From NCBI GenBank assembly GCA_951406725.2, contig OX597820.1, positions 65,720,001 through 65,784,000 of the forward strand: 64,000 nucleotides of DNA, in the 5' to 3' direction. A program made the translations under genes and the position numbers. Each line of letters starts with the position of its first letter. Position 1 is the stretch's first letter. This DNA comes from Octopus vulgaris. Lineage: Eukaryota. Shown here one piece after another: positions 39,650 to 53,972 of this stretch. The notes beneath the pieces are model-generated. The model was not told the origin of the DNA. It was given only the letters and a program-made list of their open reading frames with translations, and did not search any database.

Positions 39650-40042
39650 TATATGTATATGCACGCGTGTTTGTGTGTGCCTGTATGATGTGTATATGCT
39701 TGTATGCATATTTTTAAGTATGCACATTAACAAAAAAATTCTAACCAATCTCTTTAATGTGAGGAAAGAGCTTGCACAAGGCCGGTCCCACCCACTGAAC
39801 AGTAAATACATTTGTCGATAAAAGAAGAATTAGTTTGCAACTGTGGATCTAAACAGTCACTCACAGATGTAACGGACAATGCGTGCATACATACATACAT
39901 ACATACATACAGGCGTTGATGATGGTTGCAACTCGATTTTAAGTAATGCCATCGTTTCATTGTTCTCTTAAAACAGTATGGATGTGGTTTTTCAGTCCTG
40001 CCAGAGGGTTACAATCTCAGTACTGAGGTGAAAAGGACGGGC

Positions 40043-40604
40043 GGATCTTTGTGGTTTTCGTCACTGTTTACAGTTATCTTCAAAAAAATTTCTAATGCAT
40101 CATATAGATGTAATTTTTGACGCTGAATCCGAATTTCTTATTCGTTTATTCCAGAAATTTTTTACAAAAATGCTACAGTTATTCAAAGTTTTATAATTTT
40201 CACAATTTTCAGCCAATCAGAAAACCACGTTCGCTGCCTCTTCCATCGGTATGTCAAAACATAAAATAAATTATCTTTCTCGTATTTCCTTCTCCTCCTT
40301 GTGCGCATGTGCAGCATCTTTGATTACTACGGAAACAGCTTTTTGCAATCAGCTATGGAAAACGTGGTGCTTCTTTGCTTTGGTTGCTATGGAATTAGAA
40401 ACTTTCGCCTCGGTGATATGTAAAATACTCGCTTCTGATTGGCTAAAATACCCAAATTTTGCACATTTTAATGGCTAATAATATTTTAATTGCGGATTTA
40501 TCGGGGAAATGAATTTCATTTTCATAATTAGTATACAAAACTTAATCAATATACCAAATTTGAAAACAACTGGAACAAAACAGTGACGAAAATCACAAAG
40601 ATCC
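40043..40604. mobile_element. Unclassified MITE with long imperfect inverted ends
   Basis: GGATCTTTGTGGTTTTCGTCACTGTTT / AAACAGTGACGAAAATCACAAAGATCC; inner symmetry AGCCAATCAGAA (~40211) vs TTCTGATTGGCT (~40433); TSD unclear. Confidence 0.75.
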
Positions 40605-41294
40605 CGATGAGCGCCTCTTGCAACAGTTGTTCAGTTAGCTTATTACCCGCGCTCACAGCTTTCTTTCTATCGTGGAGATTTCATTGATTATTTTGCCTTT
40701 TTTTGCTTACGGCTAGCTACAATGTACCACAGTAGAGATACTAAAAATTAGGCGATACCTGTTCCTGAAGCCTTTACAGAGAGAAACGTTCTTGCAGGGA
40801 TCCAATCCCACTCTTTAAACAACGTGTTCATTGACCTTGAAAGGACTTCTATATATCACTGATGCAAACGTTATAACAGATGTTACATCAGAGATTTACT
40901 TTTCCCATAGAGATGAGGGGTCTCTCATTTCCTTTGATTCTACTGGGTTCACCCGTCCTTTAACAGGTTCTATTTTTTGTCCTGCCGTGTATCCAACAAA
41001 ATAAATAAATAAATAAATAAATAAATAAAAACATACTTCTTACCAAGCAAGCTTGGTAGTGTTACTGGTCTGGTAACCGATGGCCTGAACTTGCGACTAA
41101 TTATACTGGTTACATGCCACTAGAGGAACTGGACATATTGTATATGTCTGTCTGCAAGTATGTATGTACATATGTACGAATGAGTTTAGACAAGGGACTG
41201 TTCCTATCGTTCGAAGAACATGATAACTTGTTACTCTTTGAAATATGGTGGCCGAGTTAATGAGGGGCATTTGTACACTGCCCATATTAAAATC

Positions 41295-41905
41295 CTTCCT
41301 CTGACAGGCAAAGGGCTTGAAATGTGGATAGGTAGTCGATTACATAGACCCTAGTACTCAACTGGTACTTATTTCATCGATCCCAAAGGAATGAAGGCAA
41401 AGTCACCCTCGAGGGAATTTGAACTCAGAACATGAAGTCGGACGAAATGCTGCAGAGCATTTTGTCCGGGGCGCTAACGATTCAGCCAGCTCGCCACCTT
41501 AGCAATGATAATAATAAAGGTTTCAAAAGACAACGTCGACCACCGTGGCATTTGAACTCAGAAATAAAATGGAAAGAAATGCCGCTTAGTATTTGTTTCT
41601 GTGGCGGCAACGATTCTGCCAAGACGACACCTATATAATCTATACTGCTATAGGCACAAGCCCTCGAATTTGTAGGGAGGATACTAGTCAATTACATCGA
41701 CTCCAGTGTATCACTGGTAATTGAAAGGTAAAAGACAAAGTCGACATCAGCGGTATTTGAACTCAGAACGTAGCGACGGTCGAGATACCTTTAAGCATTT
41801 CATCAATGCGCCAACGATTCTTTTCTATTCTAGGGACAAGGCCCGAAATTTGGGGGGAGGGGTCAGTCAATTAGATCGACCCCAGTACGCAACTGGTGCT
41901 TAATT
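41295..41905 (-). mobile_element. Second head-to-tail array of SINE family 2 copies
   Basis: Three ATTTGAACTCAGAA cores plus a fourth tail, same orientation. Confidence 0.8.
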
Positions 41906-41914
41906 TGTCCCTCA

Positions 41915-42088
41915 AAACCGCTTGACAACCGATGCTCGTGTGTTTACGTCCCCGTAACTTAGCAGTTCGGCAAAAGAGACGGATAGAATAAGTACTAGGC
42001 TTACAAAGGATAAGTCCTGGGATCGATTTGCTCGACTAAAGGCGGTACTCCAGCATGGCCACAGTCAAATGACTGAAACAAGTAAAAG

Positions 42089-42090
<2 letters not shown>
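41915..42090 (+). mobile_element. SINE family 1 3' half
   Basis: CCCGTAACTTAGCAGTTCGGCAAAAGAGAC...CAGTCAAATGACTGAAACAAGTAAAAGAG. Confidence 0.88.
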
Positions 42091-42149
<59 letters not shown>

Positions 42150-42814
42150 TTTCGTTTCTCTTGTTTCAGCTCAGAGCTGCGGCCATGCTGATGCATCGCC
42201 GTGTGTATATATATATACATACATACATACATACACACACACATACATACATACATACATACACACACACACACTCGCACACGCATACATACATACATAC
42301 ATACATACATACATACATACATACATACATACGTACACATACACATGCACGGACACCGGTTATAACTTGTATGAAAGGGAACGAAACGGCTGTGTAGTTC
42401 AAAACAGTTAACCGGCTTTCGCACTTCCTTCGTTTCCTGCAAAGCGAACTTGTCATGTTGTCACATTACTGCGTTTCATATGAAATATTTCCTTTAAGTA
42501 AAAACTTGCGCTGACTTTCAGTGAATTCAATAATGAACAGGAAAATGGGACGCACTTGTTTGTTTCTGTCATCTATGCATCATAACCCCTCTCTGCTTGT
42601 CTTTTTTTTCCTTATCTCTCTACCAATCTCTCCATAACTCTCCCACTCTCTCTCTCCCTCTCCCTCTCCCTCTCCCTCTCTCTTTCTTGCTCTCCCTATC
42701 TCCTTCTCTCTCTCTCCCTCAGTCGCTATCGAATTCACCCACCCCCCTTCTTTATCTTTCCATCTCATTCCCTCTCTGTATCTATATATCTATCTCTACA
42801 TATCTATATATATA

Positions 42815-42858
<44 letters not shown>

Positions 42859-42966
42859 TATATGTAATTATTTGTATCTTTGTATCTGTCAATCTATCTA
42901 TATGTGTGTGTATGTGAGCGCGCTTCTATTTTTGTGTGTGTGTATGTGTGTGTATGCATATATATG

Positions 42967-42999
<33 letters not shown>

Positions 43000-43006
43000 T
43001 TGTGTA

Positions 43007-43037
<31 letters not shown>

Positions 43038-43524
43038 GTGTATGTATGTATGTATGTGTGCATGTATGTATATATGTGTGTATGTATGTATGTGTGTGTG
43101 TATGTATGTATGTGTGTATGTATGTGTGTGTATGTATGTGTGTATGTACGTATATATGTATGTAATGAGAGAGAAATCATGAGGAGAGAGTAGTGCTATA
43201 AAAAGAATGCGCCGTTCTGTTTTGTCAATTTGTATGACTTACCATTTGACTGGCAGTTATTCTGTTACAATATTTCCTTATCTATTTTCATTCTTACCTT
43301 CCTTCCTTCCTTTACTGTTTCTTTCCTTCCTTCTTTCATTTTCCTTTCTTTCTTTCTTTCTTTCTTCCTTCCTTCCCCTCTTTCTTACATTCATTCATTC
43401 TTCATTCTTGTTTTGTCTTCCCCTTTGCTCTTCGAAGCCAAACAAATGTTACCCCATCTCAATGCTGTTTACAGCTTTTATCAAATATCACCATCAAAAA
43501 ACTACTACTACTACTACTACCACC

Positions 43525-43589
<65 letters not shown>

Positions 43590-43590
<1 letters not shown>

Positions 43591-43670
43591 TTCCAACCTG
43601 TTGTCTCTTGAGGTCTCTGGGTGAGACTTGGAGCCAACTTGTACAGACATAAAGCAAAAGTCAAACATAA

Positions 43671-43672
<2 letters not shown>
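43590..43672 (+). mobile_element. Probable Dong-type 3' UTR fragment inserted in (TAA)n
   Basis: GAGGTCTCTGGGTGAGACTTGG...AAAGCAAAAGTCAAACATAAAA flanked on both sides by (AAT)n; loosely resembles the 3' UTR of the 38402-39430 copy. Confidence 0.5.
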
Positions 43673-43749
<77 letters not shown>

Positions 43750-44021
43750 GTAATAATAATAATAATAATAAAGACTTCCATTGCTACAACCACCATCGCC
43801 TCAACCACCTCCACGAAGCAGTGACGAAAAGCAATAGGTGGTCGCTGGGCTGTTTCGACATAGAAACCAAATACTTCACAATTCATAATCCGCAGCCTTA
43901 TAGGACAAACTGGTTAATTGAAATAGATTCGAACATTAAAAAACTTCCTTGTGGGTTAAATTAAAATGTGCGCAGGTTTTTTTTAATGTTATTACTGTGT
44001 TTAAACACTATATCTATCTAC

Positions 44022-44089
<68 letters not shown>

Positions 44090-44318
44090 TTTTTCTCTTT
44101 TTATTCTTTTTATTTTATTCAATTTTTTTTTTTTTTGTTCTTTTCTTCCCTTTTACGATCCCTCTTGATCGAAAACCTACGCCACCCCTTTTTTTTTTCT
44201 TTTGTTTTTTGTTCTCTTCATCCCCCAAAAGAAAAGCTCTACCTTGTAACTTGTTCCATCTGTGTGCAGCCCTGTGTGGCCAATAAAGAAACTTATCTAT
44301 CTATCTATCTATTTATCT

Positions 44319-44490
<172 letters not shown>

Positions 44491-44897
44491 TATGTATATA
44501 TATATATATTCATATATATATAAAAACACGCATACATATATATATGTATATGTGTGTGTGTGTGTGTGTTGTCTTTAGGCTTTCACTTCATACACGCCAG
44601 CTCACTTTCATTCGTTCTCAGTCGAAAAAACACCTGTTGTTATATTCTTGTTCGTTTTCGTAATTGTGAACCATGTTCTCCGTTTTTTGTCTTTGTCACA
44701 TTCGTTAGCTTTCTTAAAAAAAATCTAATGCTTATTAGCTTAGACTTTTGGGGGGGGGAGGGGGCTACCAGATCGAACTGTCTCAAGTGTAACTGCCAGA
44801 AACAGCAAGGACATCTGGTAACTCTGTCCGCCTGTGTATCATCTATCTGTCTGAATGTTTTATTGTCCTCTACTGCGTATTGTGCCATTATATATAT

Positions 44898-44997
44898 NNN
44901 NNNNNNNNNNNNNNNNNNNNNNNNNNNNNNNNNNNNNNNNNNNNNNNNNNNNNNNNNNNNNNNNNNNNNNNNNNNNNNNNNNNNNNNNNNNNNNNNN
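44898..44997. other. Assembly gap (100 N)
   Basis: Run of N beginning in a (TA)n repeat; contiguity across it is not guaranteed. Confidence 1.
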
Positions 44998-46405
44998 AGA
45001 ATACTCGTGCCTAAATATTCACCTGGTTATTTTAAGCCAGTCTTTACCAAATTTATCGATCGCTTCAGAATCTGATAGTCATCATCAGGTGTTCGATTCC
45101 TTCTAAGCATAAAGTTATCCAGCAGGCTTACAGGATCGAAACGTCGATATTTTTCTTATAGAAATATAAGACCAGAGTTCAAATCCGTGAAGGGGTATTG
45201 AGGAACAAGCGAATTTTTACTTTTGTTTCTCTCTTTTAAATTATTTGTTTATTTATTTTTTGTTACTTAGCTCCCGTTCTGTTGTGAAAGGTATTCCAGC
45301 CATGATCATCACATCTTTTATTCGGGTACAATTTAAGTAGGAATACATTTGACGCAGATTGTAGACAGCAAATTGGCAGCCATTTAGGTGTAGGCTGACC
45401 TGCCTTCAGATGCCTTCAGTTATTTGTTCTAGCTCTTTGCGTTCTGCGTTCAAATCACATCGAAAACTTTGCTTTTCATCCATTCGGGGTCGATAAAATA
45501 AAGTTCTAGGACAAGGAGATGGGTTGGTGGAATCGTTAGAATATCAGATTATATGTCTTGCGTTTTTGCTGGGGGGGGGTTCCTGCATCATAGCGTTTTG
45601 GATGTTTACCTTGACCGTCGACCCGTTCGACAATATCACATGGTTTTTGATTGCATATAACGGATTCCGTTCTCCTGCAAATATCTAGGCCAGGTCTCCC
45701 GCTTCAGAATAACTTACTTCCTTATTATCATCCGTTTCCAAAACCCTGATAAAAGAAATAAACTCCATACGTGCTTCCTTTCTCTTTCCTCTGGTTAAGC
45801 AGCGATGGAAACAAAATTACAAACCTATTAATTTGTCCTATTTTTAAAAAGAAATCGTGCAGTGTAATTTGAGTAAGGTTTGACTGACATTTCTAGCAAG
45901 TCGTGTTACAGCGAGGATGTTCTACTTTGGCTTCAATCCGACACATGACGACGATCAATAGTGGAATCGATCTAAATATTATGTAAATCAAAATACAAAA
46001 GATTAATAGCCCATAAAACTTTAATTATCTTTATATTTGTTATGAAACGGTAGACAAAAAGTTAATCAATGTCACACACCCCGAACACACCTACATACTG
46101 TTTTAATACCAACATCCGACACAAGGCATTTCCCAGTTACTCTCCACACCCATGCAATGTGATCGTTGGTCTGCAAGATGATGTGGGAACGTCTACATGA
46201 TTTCTTGACTAGCAAGAAATAACAGCTAAACATCTCTTAACATGTACCACAATATTTTTGTAAATAGTACAATGGATAATATGGTCCTGCGCAATAAGCT
46301 CACAGGAAAAATATGGGTTCCGACTGTAGTTCTTTGCATTATAGATATGTTCGACAAGGCCTACACGACAAGCACACTGATTAGCATATATTGCATATAT
46401 ATATA

Positions 46406-46560
46406 CTAGTAGCTAAGCCCGGTTTCATCCGGGCGGTTTGGATGATGTGGCTGTAAAACCTTTTCTGTGTAAGCATTCGATTTCTTTGGGCATGCTTACG
46501 TTACAAAAGAATTTTAGAATGACTTCTTTCTGTTAAAACGCTAAAAATAACTGACCAACA
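46406..46560 (-). mobile_element. Helitron-type 3' terminus
   Basis: Minus strand: GCCCGG-ATGAAA-CCGGGC hairpin, 7 nt, then CTAG followed by T; far boundary approximate. Confidence 0.6.
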
Positions 46561-46659
46561 AAAAGAAAACCAAGATTCAACCAAATCAAAATATAAACCC
46601 AAATATTAAACGAACAAAGATGAACCATCACACTTCCATTGCTCGCCCACACGCACATA

Positions 46660-46708
<49 letters not shown>

Positions 46709-47871
46709 ACACGCACACACACACGCACATTCACATGCACCCTTCTACATACACACACATATATTCACATAGAGTTGAAACGCTGTTTGATTTATTTTTC
46801 AGGGTACAGTTTTCATCATCCCACTACCAAGTATGACATCACTCTTTTCTTTCTCATTCATAAACTCAAGAGTATTATTATAGTATATTATGTCGGTAAC
46901 CATGGGAGCTATGAAAAATACAAAGCCCAGCATCATGTATGTATGTATGTATGTATGTATATATGTATGTATGAATGAATGTATGTATATATATGTATAC
47001 ATGCATATATATATATGTATGTATGCATGTGTATACACACACACACATATATTTATAAAAAAGAGGAATGTAAAAATACATTACGATGTGTATATCGTAA
47101 ACAATTCACAATTATTTACGAATATATCAATGCCCGCCTACGTAATAAAAAAATTTATGAAATTTTTGATCGTATATTTGGCTGTTGTAAATAATTATGA
47201 ATAGTTTACGATATATTCTTAGTAATGTATTATAACATTCCTATTTTATTATTTAATTTTTCACTCATATCCAGTTTATCGCCGTGCCTCGATTTGCTGG
47301 TCTTTTCTTACATAACATTAGAAATCAGAATTCAAATATGTAGATAGATGTTGACAAATTATTTTTGCTGGTCAGGAAACATCTAAGCCTCAAGGTCTGT
47401 TTTTTGGGGGGCGGGGGCGGGTTAATTTGTATCTATAGGAATGTTCTCTTCAATAGAAGAGTGGAACCGCTTTTGGATCTTAATTGCAATAGAAAATTAA
47501 TCTTTTATTTAAGTTTTGAATTTTATGTCATGTTGTATAAACGACACCTTTATTGGGAAAAAAATAAAATATGAGTGATTGTAGTGGCTTTAAAGCGGTT
47601 TTGATTGCTAGTTCTAGACCTGTAAGAGTTTCTGAAACCCTCTCCGTTATAATTGTGATTTGTTCATAATTATACACATTTCCTATATATATGTGTGTGT
47701 GTGTGTGTGTGAATGTGAGTGTATACATACACAAACACACACATATACATATGCATAAATGTATGTGTGTGAGTGTGTGCATGCTTAGGTATGTGCGTAA
47801 ATATATATATATGTATATATAAGCGTAAATATATATATATATGTATATGTATATATATATATATGTGTGTG

Positions 47872-47911
<40 letters not shown>

Positions 47912-47970
47912 CACTTTTGCATATTTATCAGACCATGCTACCGGTTTCAATCGTTTTATGACATCTATGT

Positions 47971-48026
<56 letters not shown>

Positions 48027-48053
48027 TCGCACACACACACACGCACACGCACG

Positions 48054-48106
<53 letters not shown>

Positions 48107-48430
48107 GAATATGTACGTGTGTGCGCGTGTGTGCGTGTGTAGTGTGCATAATATCTATGTATCTATTCGCTCACTCATATCGTATAAATATACGAATACG
48201 ATGCAGAAGCACAGGTTTGTACCACGCACATACACACGCACACAAATACACACATTCACACATATGTTTTCATCACACACGCATTCACGCACGCACACAC
48301 ACACATGTTTACATGACATACACTTTCACATACCACTCGCACATTCACACACCATAAAATACACGTATATGCACACAGAGAGAAAAAAAGGAAGAGAAAG
48401 CAAAAGAGAAAAAGAGAATGAAAGTGTGAT

Positions 48431-48491
<61 letters not shown>

Positions 48492-49273
48492 AAGAGAAAG
48501 AATCACTTGTTTAAATATATCGATCTAATAAATTGACGATGGATTTGTACAAATCTCCGTGGAATATAGTCAGCTTGTGTGCATACGTATGTGTGTTTGA
48601 GTGTTCTTTAAGTTTATTGTGTTAATGAACGCGAATGCGTGTTTTCTTGTCCCTATATCTTTATTTTCATTTTATTATATTAATATTATGTATTCTGTGA
48701 ATAATCGTGTTGCTGCACAGAGCTTCCTAAGCTCAAGCGAACACCATTATTCTCAATCCACATTTTCCCAAGCAGCCTCTAATTTACCAAAGTGTAACGT
48801 ATCCAAGTGCAACTTATACGTTGTAGTAGAAACCATTGATATTTCGAATTTTACCTCCGGTCATCTTCCAAAGAGTTTCATCTCCATAAGATCTTTGTTT
48901 AAACTAATATAACTGCAGCATTTCATTTACCTGTTGATCTTGCTGGTATGGAGACACCATCGTGGACGCACAGCTCGTATTTACAAGCGTTTACCAGATT
49001 ATCAATGAAGGCCTACATTTAACCGTTCTGTGTTTCAGTTATTAAACTGCGGTCATGCTGGAGCACCACATTGAAGGATTTTAGTTGAAAGAATCAACAC
49101 CGATGTTTTTTTTTTAAATAAACCTGGTACTCATTTGATTGGATACTTTTACCGAAACGCTAAGTTACGGGTTCTTAAATACAACAACACCGGTTGTCAA
49201 GCAGTAGTGAGGGACAAACACAGACGCACGGACAGATAGACAGACAGACAGACAGATAGACAGACAGACAGAC

Positions 49274-49322
<49 letters not shown>

Positions 49323-49654
49323 TGTTTCTTTATTAGCCACACAGGGTTGAACACAGAGGGGTCAAATTACAAAGTAGAGCTTTTCTTTTGGGGGAGAAAA
49401 AAAACGATAAATAGATAGATAGACAGACATATAGATAGATAGATAAATAGAGAGAGAGAGTGAGAAAGAAAGAGAGAAAGGGAGAGAGAGGATGGGATTT
49501 CTCAGTTTCTGTCAACCACATCCACTCACAAGGCTGTGGTTGGCCAGAAGCTATATTAGCTATATACTTGCACAAGTCCCACACAGTGATATTGAACCCA
49601 AACCTATGTGGTTGGGAAGCAAGCTTCTTATCACACAGCCACATCGGCATCCAG

Positions 49655-49910
49655 ATCAGAGTTTCCCAACCGGGGTGCATATATCCAAATAAGATGAAAA
49701 TTTAAAAATTGGGGATCCACGATAGTATTATAAAGGCCCCTGAATACGATAGTATTATTAAGGCTCCTGAATACGATAGTATTATAAAGGCCCCTAAAAA
49801 TATTTTATTTTAGTTGTATGTATTGATATCTATTACAAGAAACAATTTGGCTTCTTTCACTAACATTTTACATTATTCAACTTACACAACTTAATATGTG
49901 AAAAACAAAC
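49655..49910 (+). mobile_element. Partial copy of the 2818-3158 hAT MITE family
   Basis: CAGAGTTTCCCAACCGGGGT start and shared internal text (AAATTGGG..ATAGTA..CTAACATTTTACAT..TGTGAAAAACA); internal tandem triplication of ACGATAGTATTATAAAGGCCCCTGAAT. Confidence 0.7.
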
Positions 49911-50367
49911 TGGTTTATAATCACTGTATATAGGGCTCGCTAGCATCAGGGAATTGTTTCGTTGTTTGGTGTTTAATCAGAGTACTGAGATAAAAGAATG
50001 ACTATTTAGAATGTTCTATTTACGTAGCTTTGAAACCATAATATAGGATAACTATGTAATGCTAGGATTCAAACTCAACGTAGAAGAATTTGCTCCGAGC
50101 TCCCCAAAAACTAATCGCGTAAAGTTGTTCCATGTCTGTAGTAGGAAACTGCTTATCTTCATCAGAAACTGAAATACCTACCAAACATAAGTTGGATAAT
50201 TTAGTTGGTAGACTTGCAGGTGTTCACAGAGCCGTGACACCAAAACCAAAACAAAGAAAATGTTGAAATATTTCGTTTGAAGCTTCATAATTGTACCACG
50301 TATTTTTACCCTCTTATAAATCCTAAATTTTATTTTAGAATTTATGGGAGCAGCTTTCTTTGAAGAA

Positions 50368-50429
50368 TCATATTGTCGTTGAATGCTCGAAATGAGGAGT
50401 AGACAGACAACCGACAACTGACGAAGGGT
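50368..50429 (+). ncRNA. Hammerhead-core RNA candidate with non-standard strand order (copy 2)
   Basis: AUA site 50370-50372, GAAA 50389-50392, CUGACGA 50418-50424; helices I (6+3 bp), II (4 bp incl. G-U), III (4 bp). Confidence 0.45.
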
Positions 50430-50545
50430 CCTTTCTCTGTGTTTACTTTTCTTGTTTTCAATTTTTCTCGTTGTACATATTTTAACTCGTTGGCTTACGT
50501 ATTTCATGTTATTTGCACCGTTGGTGAAGTCCTGTACCATATATG

Positions 50546-50758
50546 CGTGTTAGCACGCCGGGCGAAATGCGTAGCCGTATTTCGTCTGCCGTTACATTCT
50601 GGGTTCAAATTCCGCCGAGGTCGACTTTGCCTTTCATCCTTTCGGGGTCGATAAATTAAGTACCAGTTACGCTCTGGGGTCGATGTAATCGACTTAATCC
50701 GTTTGTCTGTCCTTGTTTGTCCCCTCTGTGTTTAGCCCCTTGTGGGTAATAAAGAAAT
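50546..50758 (+). mobile_element. SINE family 2, tail variant A
   Basis: B-box GGTTCAAATTCC, central GCCTTTCATCCTTTCGGGGTCGATAAATTAAGTACC, tail TTTAGCCCCTTGTGGGTAATAAAGAAAT; same variant at 20531-20721(-). Confidence 0.9.
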
Positions 50759-51776
50759 ATATATATATATATATATACAAACACACATATATATTGTTGT
50801 TTATTTATTTATTTAGTATTATTATATACATAGAGAGAGACAGACAGACAGACAGAATGAGAGAGAGAAGAAGGAAAGAAGGAAAAGACTGACAGACTGA
50901 TGCACGTACGTGTATTTATATGTACCCACTTACTGGACCGCTGAAATCTACAAGTTTCTTTCATTCTCTCTCTGTTTATTTTCTTTAATTCCTTTCTGTT
51001 GGAGAGCGTAGGCTCGAAACGTAAAACACTTTTTCATTTTTCCCGAGCGTCAAACTAATACTAATACTTGTTTGTTGTTCATACACTTGTCTTCATCTTT
51101 TTTTTTTCTATAAATTTCAACTACACAGAAATCTGGATCCTTACGAAAATAGGAATATATTCATGTATGTATGTATGCAAGTACGCGCATACGTGTGTTT
51201 GTGTGCATATGTATGTATGTAGGTGGGTATGCGCAATATTTTTATATATATATATGTAAATGTACATACTACAGGTTAAACGTTTTAATTTTTCAGTTTC
51301 ATTCATGGCCTGTACTCATACTTTATGAATTAGTTAATTCTTTCTGGTTTTTGGAAATCAGCTGCATATTAATTCTGAATTGAATAGTTATAAAATAATA
51401 GGAGCCTATTAACCATAGGTATAAACCTGGAGATATTGTCTGTCGGTAAAATATGCAGATTTTTTCATGAGTTTTCTATAAGCGTTTATTGGCTTGCTGA
51501 TAAAATTCTGTCTTAATGTAGATATATATATGGCAGCATATGTATGTGTGTGTATTTCTATGCATGCGTGTGTTTGTGTGTGTGTGTATGTGTGTGTGTG
51601 TGTGTGTGTGTATCAGTGTGACAGTGTGGGTGCGCATGACAACGCTGTCTGATAGTAGTGGTGGTGATGGTGATAGCAATGATTTTTTTTTCATGCGATA
51701 ATGCTGGTTGTAAGTTTCGGATACATAAATTACGCATGTATATTACGTGTGTATGCGGGGGAGGGTGTTTGTGAGT

Positions 51777-51850
<74 letters not shown>

Positions 51851-52162
51851 GTGTGTGTGCCAAAGTGCAAATAACGATATGTACATACACAAATGTGTGT
51901 GTATGTGTGAAGTAAAATCTGCCAACGCAAAGTGACAGTCCTGCGTAGGTCGATGTTACTACCTTTCAACTCCAGGGAAACATCTTTTCCTGCTGGCTAT
52001 CGATACATAATGTCTGTCCGTGTGCTGTGAGCAAAGGAGTTTACTGCTCCCTTTCTGGGTAATTTCCTTTCGTCAGTAAAGGACAACAGCCGGCTAGATT
52101 TAGCAACGACATGCTCTTGCTCACAGGATATACTTTTAAAGCACGACTCTGTGCTTCAGTTA

Positions 52163-53210
52163 TTATTGGTATGAATATGAATTCATAGTCTGGAGTTTTC
52201 GAAGACGTTGTCCATAGATGTCCTCTTTTTCTTTGATTTTCAAAGAGATATTTATATCTGCAGGGAAGTTGACCTCTATGACGATATCCAGCCTGTTATA
52301 TCTACATTTGACAGACGTTTTCATGGGAATATTCCACCAGTATTCCTTGAGTTGGTGTTTAAGAATGTATTCCATAACAGAGGGATTTTCTAAGTTTATT
52401 TCAGGACAGCTAAATTGTTTTAGCGACAACATTGTGCCGCATAAGGAGGTAGTTCTGTGACGACATTTTAAGACAGCTGCTAATCACATGCATGATGTCT
52501 TCTACAGAAACATGACATAGCCTACATATGCGGTTGCACCTTGGGATTACAAGGGCGTCACTGTATCTCTTGCTTACCAGGTACTTTGTGTCAATCTCCT
52601 GTCCTTTGATTATAAAGTGTGATGTGATGCAGTAATCTTGTGTCCAAGAGAGGCTGCGCTTCGTGTCAATTATACTGTCTTCTTCAAGCTTCCGGGCAAC
52701 ATACTCATGCATAGTTTTTTTTTTTATGCTGAGTGCTTTCCATCCAGGTCTTCGTTGAGGTAAGAGAGCCCAGCTGTTTTGGGCCTGTATAGGAGATCAT
52801 GAGGGAGAGAGTGCTTCTTGAGGAGCTCGCTGCCAACTCGTACAATGTTGCTCAATTCAGTTTTCAGCATAGTATTTATGTGTTTATTTTTGCTGCTGTT
52901 TTTCAGCAGATGCTGCCTAAGTGATACCATACAGCATTCGAAGGCCGTCTGCACTGATCTCAAGCTTCTACCACCTTCATTTCTTTTTAGGTAGAGCCTA
53001 TCTACACCACTGTTTCTGTGGAAGTTCCTAGATGCTGTCAGGATTTTGCGGGTTTTGATATCTATGGAGGGGATTTCTTCTACAGAACAATCAAGTATCC
53101 CAAATGCTGAGATCAGTACTGGAACTACAAATGCATTGTGGGATATTGTTTCGTTGAAAAAGGAGAGTTCCGATTGCCACATTTCTCTCAGCTTGGTGTA
53201 ATATTCACGG
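52163..53210 (-). mobile_element. Degenerate R4/Dong-clade non-LTR fragment (post-RT region to RLE)
   Basis: IDIKTRKILT..FHRNSGVDRLYLKRNEGGRSL; CRLCHVSVEDIMHVISSC..RHNVVAK; YWWNIPM..NRLDIV, spread over three broken ORFs. Confidence 0.88.
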
Positions 53211-53240
53211 GTGATTTACGTATGTATATATGTATGTACG

Positions 53241-53274
<34 letters not shown>

Positions 53275-53461
53275 TGTATGTATGTATGTATGTATGTATG
53301 TATATATGTATGTATGTATGTGTATATGTACGTATATATGTATGTACGTATGTATGTATGTATGTATGGATGTATATCTTTGAAGGAATTCCGATGTAGG
53401 AAAGAAAAAATCTTTTTCTGAAGCTGTTTGTAGGCTGTTGTGATAATAATAGACTTATTGT

Positions 53462-53526
<65 letters not shown>

Positions 53527-53915
53527 TGAATATGGGGAGGGAGAAGCGAAGGAGAAGGTGGAGAAAGAGGTGGAGTCAGAGAATTGGCCTGTGAGTTAAG
53601 AAATGCATGTATGTGTGTGTGTATATCTGACCACGGCTGTGGGAAATCGGTTAAGGCGAAATGGTGGTGGTGGTGGTGGTGGTGGTGGTGGTGGTGGTGG
53701 CGGCGCGACGACAGTGGAGTGGAGGTGTCTGACTGGAATCGAATTTGGATTTAACGCGAATATGAAAAGACCTAGAGAAACATATTAAGTGTAATTAACA
53801 CAAGGCCATTTTTCACTGAAAATCGTGATAGAAGCATGCTGGGATAGAATCCGGCTGCTTGGAATAGAAGTAGAAATACCCATACATACACACACGCATA
53901 TATATATATATATTA

Positions 53916-53972
<57 letters not shown>

